A stretch of 64,000 nucleotides of DNA from Chloroflexota bacterium (GCA_024277995.1 JAJRUD010000139.1:2194-66193); one strand, 5' to 3'. Numbered from the stretch's first letter, positions 20,283-29,187 are shown. Program-made: numbers and translations. Notes: generated by a model from the sequence alone, not told the origin.

Positions 20283-21862
20283 AGACCAGGCACCTCGTAC
20301 ACTGCCACCTCGCCGAACCGGGCACGCTCCACTACCAGGGACAACCACGCCGGCTCGCCCGAGGTCAACTCCTCCGGTCCGAGCAGGACCCAACTCACAC
20401 CCAATCCCCGCAATCGCTCCAGGCCCTGGCGGGCATCCCCATTCCAGGTCAGCAGCGACCTCATTAATGCTTCCGCCTCTGCGGCGTTCGGCGTCTCGAA
20501 GGGGTGGCCGTAGACCACGCGCACGTCGGCGAAGGCCGGCAGACGGTTGCCGTTGTCGGTTCCGGTGAGGACCAGCGCGTCCGTCGGCAGATGGCTGTCC
20601 ATCCAGGAATAGGCCGCCCGCTCCTGGGCGGAATAGGTCACCGGCGACCTCCCCTGGCGCACACCCAACAGGCCGAGGCCCACCACCAATGCATTCGACG
20701 GCACCGACAGGAGCAGCACGAAGATCAGCATCCGCCGCACGTCGCGGCCCCGTCGGCGCAGCTCTTCCAGCCCCTCCACTGCCAGCACAGCCAGCGGGAA
20801 ATACAGGCCCAACGCCAAGCGGCGTTGAAGGGGAAAAGGAGCGTAGAGCAGCGCAGCCTGGATCACGATCCAGACCACCATCAAGCGCCCACGTGGGGTC
20901 GGCCACGCCCTGCGCGCTCCCAACGCTGCCAGCGGCAGCAACAACCCGAAGCCCAGCATGTACGCCCACGGGGAGGGCGAAGGGGTCTGGTTCTGCTGGG
21001 CCCAACCAGCGATGGCGGGGTGCACGACCGTCAGCCAGGCGTCGTAGGCCGCCCACGGCATCACGCCCAGGACGAAGGCCCCCAGGGTGAGCAGCGAATG
21101 AAGGACGGAGGGTTCTCGCACCCACGCCGAGAGGCTGAGCGGGCGGCGTTTCAGATACTCGACGCACAGCCACGCCGGCACCACGGCAGCGGGAATGGCA
21201 GCCGCAAAGGGCTGGACGGCGCCGACGACCGTCCCGGCCAGGAGCGCCAACGCAGCTAGCCGCGCCAGGCGGCCCTCCGCCACCACGATGCTCAACAAGC
21301 CCCCCAGCAATGCAGCCGCCGCCACGCCGAAGTGGGCGTTCACGTACACCGTCAGGAAGGGGATCGATTCCGGCACGGTGAGATCCGATCCCAGGAAGCC
21401 AAAGGGCACGCCCAGCCACCCGAGTCCCCCGCCAACCATGATGAGCAAGACGGCACCGGCCCACTGTGCGGGTTCGTCCAACGCCCAGCGACAGAAGCGA
21501 ACAACCAGCAAGAACAGCGCCATACCCCCCAGCAGCCTGGCCCCATGGTAGACGGCGAGCGGAGCAAGACCTGAGGCGCGCGCCACGTGGCCCAGGAAAA
21601 GGTGATAGACGAAGAGGAAGGCCGGCTCGCCCGGCCGGATGGTGTACGGCAGGCGAAATGCCCACGCGCCCTGATAACCCTGTCTCATCTTCGCCAGATA
21701 GGTGAACCCATCAGCCGGGTTGAGCAGGAATCCGCTGAAGACCTTGTCCCGCGGCGTCAGCCCGGGCGCGAGCAGATAAGGCGCGAGGGTCAAGAAGAGC
21801 ACACCGAGGCCGAAAAGCAAGAGAGGGATGGCAACCTGCCCGGATCCGCGCCGCTTATCCAT
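20279..21862 (-). CDS. polytopic membrane protein, GT-C-like, unassigned family (paralog A)
   Basis: ORF 20279..21922. ATG 21862 (MDKRRGSGQVAIPLLLFGL) is preferred over GTG 21922, which would invade the divergent promoter. Motifs DGFTYLAKM, YAPFPLQRRL and LPAFADVRVVYGHPFET. Confidence 0.6.
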   Translation of the reverse strand: MDKRRGSGQVAIPLLLFGLGVLFLTLAPYLLAPGLTPRDKVFSGFLLNPADGFTYLAKMRQGYQGAWAFRLPYTIRPGEPAFLFVYHLFLGHVARASGLAPLAVYHGARLLGGMALFLLVVRFCRWALDEPAQWAGAVLLIMVGGGLGWLGVPFGFLGSDLTVPESIPFLTVYVNAHFGVAAAALLGGLLSIVVAEGRLARLAALALLAGTVVGAVQPFAAAIPAAVVPAWLCVEYLKRRPLSLSAWVREPSVLHSLLTLGAFVLGVMPWAAYDAWLTVVHPAIAGWAQQNQTPSPSPWAYMLGFGLLLPLAALGARRAWPTPRGRLMVVWIVIQAALLYAPFPLQRRLALGLYFPLAVLAVEGLEELRRRGRDVRRMLIFVLLLSVPSNALVVGLGLLGVRQGRSPVTYSAQERAAYSWMDSHLPTDALVLTGTDNGNRLPAFADVRVVYGHPFETPNAAEAEALMRSLLTWNGDARQGLERLRGLGVSWVLLGPEELTSGEPAWLSLVVERARFGEVAVYEVPGL

Positions 21863-21905
21863 AGTTGACCATTTTACGTCGGAGTGGCCGGGGAGGCCAT
21901 CGCGC

Positions 21906-21935
21906 TTGCGCCCTCCAGCCACCCCACTCTATAAT
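21906..21935 (+). promoter_or_regulatory. promoter TTGCGC-18-TATAAT placed 6 nt before the ATG (leaderless transcript predicted)
   Basis: TATAAT at 21930..21935 and ATG at 21942, with no room for an SD. TTGCGC at 21906..21911. Confidence 0.5.
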
Positions 21936-21941
21936 CTCAGC

Positions 21942-22643
21942 ATGAGCCGCGTCTCGAGCCTTCACCGCCTGCAGCAATTCGACCTGAAGATCGACCGGGC
22001 CACCGCGCGTCTGGAAGAGATCAGGGCCATACTGGAGGGATCCGAAGCCCTGGCGCGATCACGCCAGAAACTGGCCGAAGCGGAGAATCACCTGCGCGCG
22101 GCACGATCGGCCCACAAGGACGCCGAACTGGCCGTTGAAGGCCAACGCACGAAGATCGAACAGACGGAGCAAAAGCTCTACGGCGGGACGGTCAAGAACC
22201 CCAAGGAACTCCAGGACCTGCAGCAGGAGGCGGAAGCCCTCATGCGCTATCTGTCCACCCTTGAGGATCGCCTGCTCGAGGCGATGGTGAAGCTGGAAGA
22301 AGCGGAAGAAGAGGAACGCGCGGCGCGTGATGAACTCGAGCGCACCGAACAAGAACTGGCAAGGGAGCACAATGCCTTGAAGGCGGAACAGCAGGAACTC
22401 GAGGCCGAGGTCGCCCGCCTGAGCGAGGAGCGCGCCGTCGCTGCAGCCAGCACGCAGAGCGACGACCTCCAGACCTATGAGGAGCTGCGCCGACGCCTGG
22501 GAGGCCTGGCGGTAGCCATGGTCGAATCCGGAAGTTGCAGCGCCTGCGGCTTGACCATATCGGCCTCCTTGCTTCAAGTCATCCGAAGGGCGGATGACCT
22601 CTCGCGCTGCACGCAGTGCGGCCGGATTCTCTACGCGGGGTGA
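21942..22643 (+). CDS. coiled-coil protein with C-terminal C4 zinc ribbon (COG1579-like)
   Basis: ATG 21942 (MSRVSSLHRLQQFDLKIDRATARLEEI). A long heptad-rich Glu/Leu/Arg region ends in CSACGL...CTQCGRILY. Confidence 0.8.
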   Translation: MSRVSSLHRLQQFDLKIDRATARLEEIRAILEGSEALARSRQKLAEAENHLRAARSAHKDAELAVEGQRTKIEQTEQKLYGGTVKNPKELQDLQQEAEALMRYLSTLEDRLLEAMVKLEEAEEEERAARDELERTEQELAREHNALKAEQQELEAEVARLSEERAVAAASTQSDDLQTYEELRRRLGGLAVAMVESGSCSACGLTISASLLQVIRRADDLSRCTQCGRILYAG

Positions 22644-22649
22644 CAAAGC

Positions 22650-25058
22650 ATGTTGGTAAACCTCTTCGGTTGGCGCTTCGACTGGCCTGAGTTCTTCGTC
22701 GGCCTGATCGTTGGTATCATTGCCACATGGGCTCTGGGACGCATTCGCGTCGCCTTCAAGCTGCCCACCGCGCTTCTGCAACAGCAGCTCCAATCTTTCC
22801 GCCACAGCATCAACGTCACCGCCCGGGACCGCTACCGGACCGAACTCATCAAGCGGGCCGAGACCCTTCACGTGGCGCGCGCCATCTTCGCCCTGGACGA
22901 GATCCTGGTCGAGCCGCGTCTGTTAGTCCACCCCCAACCCGTGGACCCACAGGGCTCAGAAGCGATCCCAGAGCACGCCCTGGCGTTGTTGCCTAACCTG
23001 CCGGATTGGTCAACGCTCTCCGCCGTCTATCGAGCCCCAACCATCAGTCTCGCGGATGCGCTGGCCAAATGCAGCAGCATTCTGATCACCGGTGAGCTGG
23101 GCAGCGGCAAATCCACGGCCCTGGCCTATCTGGCGATCCGCGTGGCGCAGCGCGACCCCAGCATGGGCGAGACGGCCCAGCTGCTGCCCGTGCTCATCCA
23201 CGCCGCCGATCTGGACCTGGACAAGGATCCGGCCCGCGACCCGATCGAGCCCCTCATCCGCGCCGCTCAGCACACGGCCTCCGGCGGCCTGGCCTCCCGC
23301 ATCCCCGCCTATCTGCGCCTGCAATTCCGCCAGCGCAAAGCTCTCCTGCTGCTGGACGGCCTGGACGAACTCAACTTGCAGGAGTTGGAACGGATCACGG
23401 CCTGGCTGCGCGCCCTGTTGGACGCCTATTCCGGCAACCGCATCGTTGCCGCAGGGCCGCCTGACGGATACGACGGCCTGGTCTCCGCCGGCCTCTCCCC
23501 CATGAGCATGGCGCCATGGACCGAGCATGACCAACGCCTCTTCCTCACCCGGTGGGGAGGCGCATGGCAACAACACGTCATCCCCACGCTCCCCAAGAAC
23601 CGCGTCGGTGACCCCGACCCCGCGCTCATCACCGGCTGGCTGACGGGGACCATTCGCGGGCTGAGCCCGCTTGAGCTCACCTTGCGAGCCTGGTCAGCTT
23701 TCGCCGGCGACGTGCGATCCAACAAGCCCATTGATGATCTGCAGGCTCACGTATCGCGTTTCCTGTCCCCCGAGGAGCGCCAACAGGCCGAAGCCGTCGC
23801 CCTTTCGTGGATACGGGCCGGCAGCAGCTCATTGGAAGAACGCAAGCTCACACGCGGCACACCAGTCAGCGACCTCGTCGATGCCGGTTTCATGATACGC
23901 CGCGCCCGCGGCCGCGTTGGCTTCTTCCAGCCCGCCATCGGCGCATACCTGGCAGCCACGGCCGCCGCCTCCATGGAGCTGCCGGAGGGCCTCGACGACA
24001 AGCTCTGGCTTCCTGCCCAGGCCACTTTGCGCTACTTCGCCGCCCTCGGAGATGCGTCGCCGCAGGCGAGTCGCGCCCTGGCCGAGATAGAAGACCCGAT
24101 CCACGCACGGTTGCTGCGCAGCGCACGCTGGCTGCGTGATGCCCCACCCAAAGCAACCTGGCGCGGCGAGCTTCTGCGCGCCGTTGCGACCATCGCCCAG
24201 GACGCCAATAAACCATACGGCCTCCGCCTGCGAGCGATCCACGCGCTGGTCGCGGCCCAGGAACCTTCCATCAGCATCCTGTTCCGGCGCATGCGCCAGG
24301 CCGAGGCCGCCAGCAGCCGCATCCTGGGCTGCCTGGGCCTGGGCGGAATGGCGGATGAAGAGGCCGTGCAGTCATTGATCGATACCGCCAACGGCGATCC
24401 GGAGATCCTGGTGCGACAGGCAGCCTGCCTGGCACTGGCGGCGATCGGCACAGAGGACGCATTGCAGGGCCTGGGACAGGCCCTGCTGGCGGGCGAGGAA
24501 CCTGTACGCATCGCCGCCGCTGAGGCCCTGGCCATCCACCCCGACGAAGGCTACGCCATGCTGCGCGAGGCCGCAGAGATCGACGACCTGCTCACCAGGC
24601 GCGCCGCCATGTTCGGGCTCGCTCGCATACCCGAGGATTGGGCACTGCAGTTGCTCGAGAAAGTCCAGGTTGAGGACGACCAATGGGTCGTGCGCGGCGC
24701 GGCGGCCGAAGCCGCCGATCGGCGCCGCAATCCGCCCTGGCGCATCCCGGCGCCCATTGAAGATCCGTCCCAGCTGGGATGGCTGGTCGCCTTCGCGGCG
24801 CGCGAGGGGCTCGGCGTCGCGCCAGGGCCTGCCGGGTTGGAAATGGTCCGCCGCGCTCTCACCGCCGGCACCGAAGATGAGCAACTTGCGGCCCTCGAGG
24901 CCATCGGCTGGCTGGGAGCGGAGGATCTGGCGATGGAACTCTATCAGGCGCTGCGCAGCCCCCAACCGCACGTTCGCGACACGGCCTTCGAGGCGCTCTG
25001 GCGCCTGCGTGCTTCGGGCGCAAGCATCCCCTCACCCGCCTCATTCGGTCTATCCTGA
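22650..25058 (+). CDS. membrane-anchored NACHT (STAND) NTPase with C-terminal HEAT repeats
   Basis: 802-aa ORF. N-terminal TM helix FFVGLIVGIIATWAL, Walker A GELGSGKST, Walker B LLLLDGLDEL. The C-terminal ~330 aa consist of repeated ...VR.AA..AL. HEAT/PBS-lyase-like units. Confidence 0.8.
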   Translation: MLVNLFGWRFDWPEFFVGLIVGIIATWALGRIRVAFKLPTALLQQQLQSFRHSINVTARDRYRTELIKRAETLHVARAIFALDEILVEPRLLVHPQPVDPQGSEAIPEHALALLPNLPDWSTLSAVYRAPTISLADALAKCSSILITGELGSGKSTALAYLAIRVAQRDPSMGETAQLLPVLIHAADLDLDKDPARDPIEPLIRAAQHTASGGLASRIPAYLRLQFRQRKALLLLDGLDELNLQELERITAWLRALLDAYSGNRIVAAGPPDGYDGLVSAGLSPMSMAPWTEHDQRLFLTRWGGAWQQHVIPTLPKNRVGDPDPALITGWLTGTIRGLSPLELTLRAWSAFAGDVRSNKPIDDLQAHVSRFLSPEERQQAEAVALSWIRAGSSSLEERKLTRGTPVSDLVDAGFMIRRARGRVGFFQPAIGAYLAATAAASMELPEGLDDKLWLPAQATLRYFAALGDASPQASRALAEIEDPIHARLLRSARWLRDAPPKATWRGELLRAVATIAQDANKPYGLRLRAIHALVAAQEPSISILFRRMRQAEAASSRILGCLGLGGMADEEAVQSLIDTANGDPEILVRQAACLALAAIGTEDALQGLGQALLAGEEPVRIAAAEALAIHPDEGYAMLREAAEIDDLLTRRAAMFGLARIPEDWALQLLEKVQVEDDQWVVRGAAAEAADRRRNPPWRIPAPIEDPSQLGWLVAFAAREGLGVAPGPAGLEMVRRALTAGTEDEQLAALEAIGWLGAEDLAMELYQALRSPQPHVRDTAFEALWRLRASGASIPSPASFGLS

Positions 25059-25357
25059 CCTGGGTCACCCCGCAGAGACGAGCAAACCATCTGCCTTGCG
25101 GCACCCTCGCAGAAGACGCGCCGCGTCCTTGCGCGTGCCATCACCTAGAAACAACCGCCTGTCCCCGCCGGTGATAGCCGGGCGCTCACGCCACAGTGGC
25201 CATCCCGAACGCGCGGATGCCGCAATATTGCGTGTAGCAGTCAGCATGCAATTGATATGGATCACCCCGGCCCTGAAGCGAGGAGGGTGACCGCGGCATG
25301 GGAGCCTGGGGGCCGAGGACGGAAACGTCTCTCATCGCGTCCCCCTGGGATGCCGCT

Positions 25358-25702
25358 CTAGTCCGGGGGCTTGTCGCTCTTTTGAGCGTCCATCCATCGC
25401 TCGATGCGGCCCTGTACGTCCTCGGCCGACATGTCCAGGATTGAAACGATCTTGTCCAGGCCGCGCTCACCGGCGACGATCTCCACGCGATTCTTGCGCA
25501 CCCCCAACACCTTGGCCAGGAAGGCCAGCAGCGCCTTGTTCGCCTTGCCCTCCACGGGAGGCTGTGCAACCCGCACGCGCAGTGTCCCATCCTCCAGCAC
25601 GCCGGCCAGCTCCGTCCGCCGCGCCCGGGGCGTAACCCGGATTGTTAGCGCAGCCCCCCGCTTTCCATCGTGCAGCTTGAACTTGCGCATGGGCATCCTC
25701 AT
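25358..25702 (-). CDS. DUF167 (YggU) family protein
   Basis: C-terminal 114 aa of ORF 25358..25969: KFKLHDGKRGAALTIRVTPRARRTELAGVLEDGTLRVRVAQPPVEGKANKALLAFLAKVLGV. Three ATGs (25702, 25696, 25690) are possible starts. Confidence 0.85.
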   Translation of the reverse strand: MRMPMRKFKLHDGKRGAALTIRVTPRARRTELAGVLEDGTLRVRVAQPPVEGKANKALLAFLAKVLGVRKNRVEIVAGERGLDKIVSILDMSAEDVQGRIERWMDAQKSDKPPD

Positions 25703-25962
25703 TAGAACAAGGCCACCAGGACCTGCACCAGGACCTGCTCGGCGACCTGGATCAACACCAGCAGCACTATGGGGCTGAAATCGAATCCACCTAGCGGCGG
25801 CACCAGCCTCCGTATGGGGGCCAGCATGGGCTCGACGATCTGATCCAATGATCGGCGCACCGGGTGATACGGGCTCATGAAGTAGCTCACGATCACCTGC
25901 GCGATCACGATCAGGTTCAGCACGAATGCCAGCGCGCGGATGGCAGCAATCAGACTGTACAC
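25702..25962 (-). CDS. YggT family membrane protein
   Basis: 86-aa ORF with two TM helices. The spacing ...VIVSYFMSPYHPV...LAPIRRLVPPLGGFDFSPIVLLV is typical of YggT/YlmG. Confidence 0.85.
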   Translation of the reverse strand: MYSLIAAIRALAFVLNLIVIAQVIVSYFMSPYHPVRRSLDQIVEPMLAPIRRLVPPLGGFDFSPIVLLVLIQVAEQVLVQVLVALF

Positions 25963-26005
25963 AGTTCAACCTCGATCATCTTCGTGGCAATCGCCCTTCT
26001 GCGGT

Positions 26006-26737
26006 CTACGTCTCAGCGGGTCGCGGCCCGAAAATGGCGCGCCCGATCCGCACCATCGTTGCCCCCTCCTCCACGGCTATCTCAAAATCGTCGGTCATCC
26101 CCATGGATAGCTCGTCCCAATTACCGGGAAGCCTCTCCCGCAGGAAATCGCGCAGCTCCCGCAGGCGCTTGAAGACACCGCGCACCAGCTCCTCGTCATC
26201 CGAAAGCGGCGCGATGGTCATCAGGCCACGCACTTCCAGGTTCGGCAGGCTGACGACCTGGCGGAAGTCATCTAATGTCGCTTCCCACGATTCGCGCTCC
26301 GTCAGGATCCAGCCGGCCTTGGTCGGCTCACCGGAGACGTTGCACTCGAGCAACACCGGCAACCTGCGCCCGGCCTCGCCGGCGAATCGATCCAGCCGAC
26401 GCGCGATTTTCATGCGGTCCACAGAGTGAACCATGTCGAAATCAGGGACCACCCAGCGCGCTTTGCGGCTCTGGATGTGGCCGATCATATGCCACTTCAG
26501 ATCACGCAGATCGCGCAGCGCTTCCAACTTGGGCAGCGCCTCCTCAACCCGGTTCTCACCGATCTCCCTTATGCCGGCCTCGTAGGCAACGCGGATGGCG
26601 GCGACGGGATGCCCCTTCGTAACCGCCACCAGGCGCACCTCCTGCCCGGAACGGCCGGCACGTTCGGCAGCATCGGCGATCCTGCTCCAGACCTTCTCTA
26701 CCTTCTCTGCGACGACCTCGACGCTCAGCATCTGCAC
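26006..26737 (-). CDS. YggS-family pyridoxal-phosphate homeostasis protein
   Basis: 243-aa ORF. LVAVTKGHP carries the PLP-binding Lys; HMIGHIQSRK, LSMGMTDDFEIAVEEGATMVRIG. Confidence 0.92.
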   Translation of the reverse strand: MQMLSVEVVAEKVEKVWSRIADAAERAGRSGQEVRLVAVTKGHPVAAIRVAYEAGIREIGENRVEEALPKLEALRDLRDLKWHMIGHIQSRKARWVVPDFDMVHSVDRMKIARRLDRFAGEAGRRLPVLLECNVSGEPTKAGWILTERESWEATLDDFRQVVSLPNLEVRGLMTIAPLSDDEELVRGVFKRLRELRDFLRERLPGNWDELSMGMTDDFEIAVEEGATMVRIGRAIFGPRPAET

Positions 26738-26746
26738 TTGCGCTAC

Positions 26747-27529
26747 TCACTCCCGCAATCCTATGAGCGCTCCGAAACGGCCGGTCCGCCCTCCCTCTCC
26801 GCGATGCGAGTACCAGTCCTCCAGATGACAGGCCGTGCAAATCCCGGCCAGCTCTATCCGTTTCACCCCGGCCTCTTCCAACAACCACCGATTCGCACCC
26901 CAGAGGTCCAGGTGTTCGCTTCCATTCGTTGATGTCAGGAACTCCGGTGCCGCATCCCCGAATGCGGCCTGAAATCGCTCGACCACTTCCGGCCCGACGG
27001 GGTAGTGATGTGCATCAATGGAAGGCCCGATGCCGGCGTGAAGGTCCTCCGGTCGGCTGCCAAAGGCCTCACCCATGGCGCGTACCGTTTCCAGGACCGT
27101 CTTGCGCACCGTCCCCTTCCAGCCGGCGTGCGCCATGCCCGCGGCACGCCGCACCGGGTCCACCAGCAAGATGGGCACACAATCGGCGAAGCGCATGAAA
27201 AGGGTCACCTGCGGGTTATCCGTGATGATGGCATCCGCTTTGGGAGGAACCTCCGCCGCACGCGGCGCCCGAGCGCGGATGACTTCCGCCGAGTGCACCT
27301 GCCAGACATCGAAGGCCGATTCCGGCCTGCGGCCCAAGGCAGCGAAAGCCCGCCGCCGATTCTCTGCAACCCGCCGCACATCATCGCCCACGGTCCCGCC
27401 GACGTTCAACGACTCCCATGGCGCCGGGCTGACGCCACCCCGGCGGGTGAGGAACCCATGCACGACAGGGAGCTCCGAGAAAGAAGTGAATCTGTAGAGT
27501 CGCGTGGAGGTGACATCCTGGCAGAGCAT
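26747..27529 (-). CDS. pgeF: YfiH/PgeF-family laccase-domain protein (peptidoglycan editing factor)
   Basis: 260-aa ORF. HGFLTRRGGVS, DCVPILL, HAGWKGT, CTACH: the conserved His/Cys set of the family. Confidence 0.9.
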   Translation of the reverse strand: MLCQDVTSTRLYRFTSFSELPVVHGFLTRRGGVSPAPWESLNVGGTVGDDVRRVAENRRRAFAALGRRPESAFDVWQVHSAEVIRARAPRAAEVPPKADAIITDNPQVTLFMRFADCVPILLVDPVRRAAGMAHAGWKGTVRKTVLETVRAMGEAFGSRPEDLHAGIGPSIDAHHYPVGPEVVERFQAAFGDAAPEFLTSTNGSEHLDLWGANRWLLEEAGVKRIELAGICTACHLEDWYSHRGEGGRTGRFGALIGLRE

Positions 27530-27581
27530 AGAGTCAGTTTATCACGGTCGCTGGGATGGGGCCAGGGATGATGCCGCCGTA

Positions 27582-28565
27582 CTAGGGAGCAGATGGCAGC
27601 GCCGGCTCCCGGCGCGCAGCCTCCTCCAACTTGGCCGCCAGCAGCGCCCGGGTCTCGGCCATCGTCTCCTCGACGTAGGGATATGCCAGCCAGACATTCA
27701 TCACGCCGAAGAGCCCGCCGGTGAGCGTGCGCAAGAAGGGTGTGCTCTCACGCGCCGGCAGGAAATCCAGGAAGGGAAGCCGCAGGCTCGAGACCAACTG
27801 CGTTCCGCCATCGAGCGCGATGGGAACGATACCCAGCAAGACCCAAAGTACAATGGGGAGCGGCTTGAGCCGCCTGCGCAGCAGGCCGAAGATCAGCCCG
27901 GCAACCAGCATGCTCCCGTAGATGGCCACATCCCGTTCACAAAGGGCCACCTTGTAGCCGAGCCGCTCGTCACCCACGTACGCGCGCGCCGCCCAGAGAT
28001 CGGATGCGTCGATCCCCGTAGCCTCGCTGAAGCTGGTCAGATCCGTTCCGGCCGTGGCCAGCGGATACGCCGGCTGCTCGCCGAAGAGGAACCAGGATCG
28101 GAAGGCAAGCTGGTGACAGAGCGGCGAGTAGGCCTTGTAGATCCAGCTCGCGGGCCGCGTCGCACCCGCTTTCATCAAGGCCGGTGCAGCGAAAGGCAGC
28201 CCGACGTAGAGCAGCACCATCAGGTTGAAGAGCGCCAGCCAGTGCTTGGCCAGGAAGAGCACCGCCCTGTTGAGCCGCGCCGCCCAGAGGCCGTTCGCCT
28301 GCCTGCCGCCCTGCGCATGGACACGATCGCGCGCGGCGGCCAGCGCGACTGCCAAGTCGCGGCGGTCGAAGGGCGCCTCGAGGATGTAGGGCCCCACTTG
28401 AACCACGGGGATCTTTTCCATGTACTTCGTCAAGAGCGTCGGCTCGCTCTCGATGTCCACCAGGACCAGCCGGTGCGGGATCTCCTCCCTCAGCGATTCC
28501 AGATGGTCCAGGGCTCGCTCGCAAAGCGAGCATCCATCCCTGGTATAGACAGTGACGCGTATCAT
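27582..28565 (-). CDS. glutaredoxin-like domain fused to DUF2085 membrane domain
   Basis: 327-aa ORF. The N-terminal ~80 aa are thioredoxin-fold (VYTRDGCSLCERA...IPVVQV). The C-terminal part is a polytopic domain with SPLCHQLAFRSWF and ALCERDVAIYG, the DUF2085 hallmarks. 4-nt overlap with tlpA. Confidence 0.7.
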   Translation of the reverse strand: MIRVTVYTRDGCSLCERALDHLESLREEIPHRLVLVDIESEPTLLTKYMEKIPVVQVGPYILEAPFDRRDLAVALAAARDRVHAQGGRQANGLWAARLNRAVLFLAKHWLALFNLMVLLYVGLPFAAPALMKAGATRPASWIYKAYSPLCHQLAFRSWFLFGEQPAYPLATAGTDLTSFSEATGIDASDLWAARAYVGDERLGYKVALCERDVAIYGSMLVAGLIFGLLRRRLKPLPIVLWVLLGIVPIALDGGTQLVSSLRLPFLDFLPARESTPFLRTLTGGLFGVMNVWLAYPYVEETMAETRALLAAKLEEAARREPALPSAP

Positions 28566-29152
28566 CCCGCTCCCATTCCCGCCTGTGCCAGATAATCATC
28601 AATCTGCGATTCCGTCATCAGGCCGATGTGAACGACGCGTATCACACCCTCGCGGTCGACGAAGAAACTGGAGGGATAGCCGCGCACGCGATACAGCTCC
28701 TGCACGCGGGCGTCGGGGTCCAGCAACATGGGGAAAGTCAGGCCCAGTTCGTCTCGGAAGGCGCGCACGTCATCCTCGGGCTCGTCAAAATCCACCGCCA
28801 ATATGGAGAACCCCGCATCCTGCAACGCGTCGTAGCGGGCCTGCAGGGCAGGCATCTCGATCCGGCAAGGGCCGCACCACGTGGCCCAGAAATTGATCAG
28901 AACCACCTGCCCCCGCAGATCGCTGAGGCTGACCGTCCGGCCTTCGAGGTCCTTCAGCGTGAAATCCGGAGCCGGCGCACCCTGCACGGGCGCCACAGCG
29001 ATGGCCGGTTGCACCATCGCGTCGCCCACCGACGCAAGGGACACGCCACTGCGCAGGGAGGCCGTGAAATAGACTACGCCCAACCCCAGCCCCAGGAGAA
29101 CACCCCCAAGCACGATCCACCAACCCATTGTCCGACTTGATCCTGCCGCCAT
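28562..29152 (-). CDS. TlpA/ResA-family thiol:disulfide oxidoreductase (membrane-anchored thioredoxin)
   Basis: WATWCGPC active site with an N-terminal anchor WWIVLGGVLLGLGLGVVYF. I placed the start at ATG 29152 because the longer ORF would include the 29188..29214 hairpin. Confidence 0.88.
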   Translation of the reverse strand: MAAGSSRTMGWWIVLGGVLLGLGLGVVYFTASLRSGVSLASVGDAMVQPAIAVAPVQGAPAPDFTLKDLEGRTVSLSDLRGQVVLINFWATWCGPCRIEMPALQARYDALQDAGFSILAVDFDEPEDDVRAFRDELGLTFPMLLDPDARVQELYRVRGYPSSFFVDREGVIRVVHIGLMTESQIDDYLAQAGMGAG

Positions 29153-29187
29153 CGTCCACCGCCAGAAGAGAAACCAGCTACAAACCG

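Noticed and set aside
18123-21665. 1180-aa ORF as a single giant protein.
   Set aside because: Its first 461 codons overlap, in another frame, the well-formed 20279..21862 membrane-protein gene, and they are Arg/Gly/Pro-rich. An internal ATG at 20282 gives a YfhO-like N-terminus and an ATGA overlap with the upstream stop.
25198-25210. GGCCATCCCGAAC, reminiscent of the conserved 5S rRNA loop segment.
   Set aside because: The flanking sequence lacks the rest of the 5S helices and the AAGTTAAGC-type continuation. There is no adjacent 23S or 16S gene.
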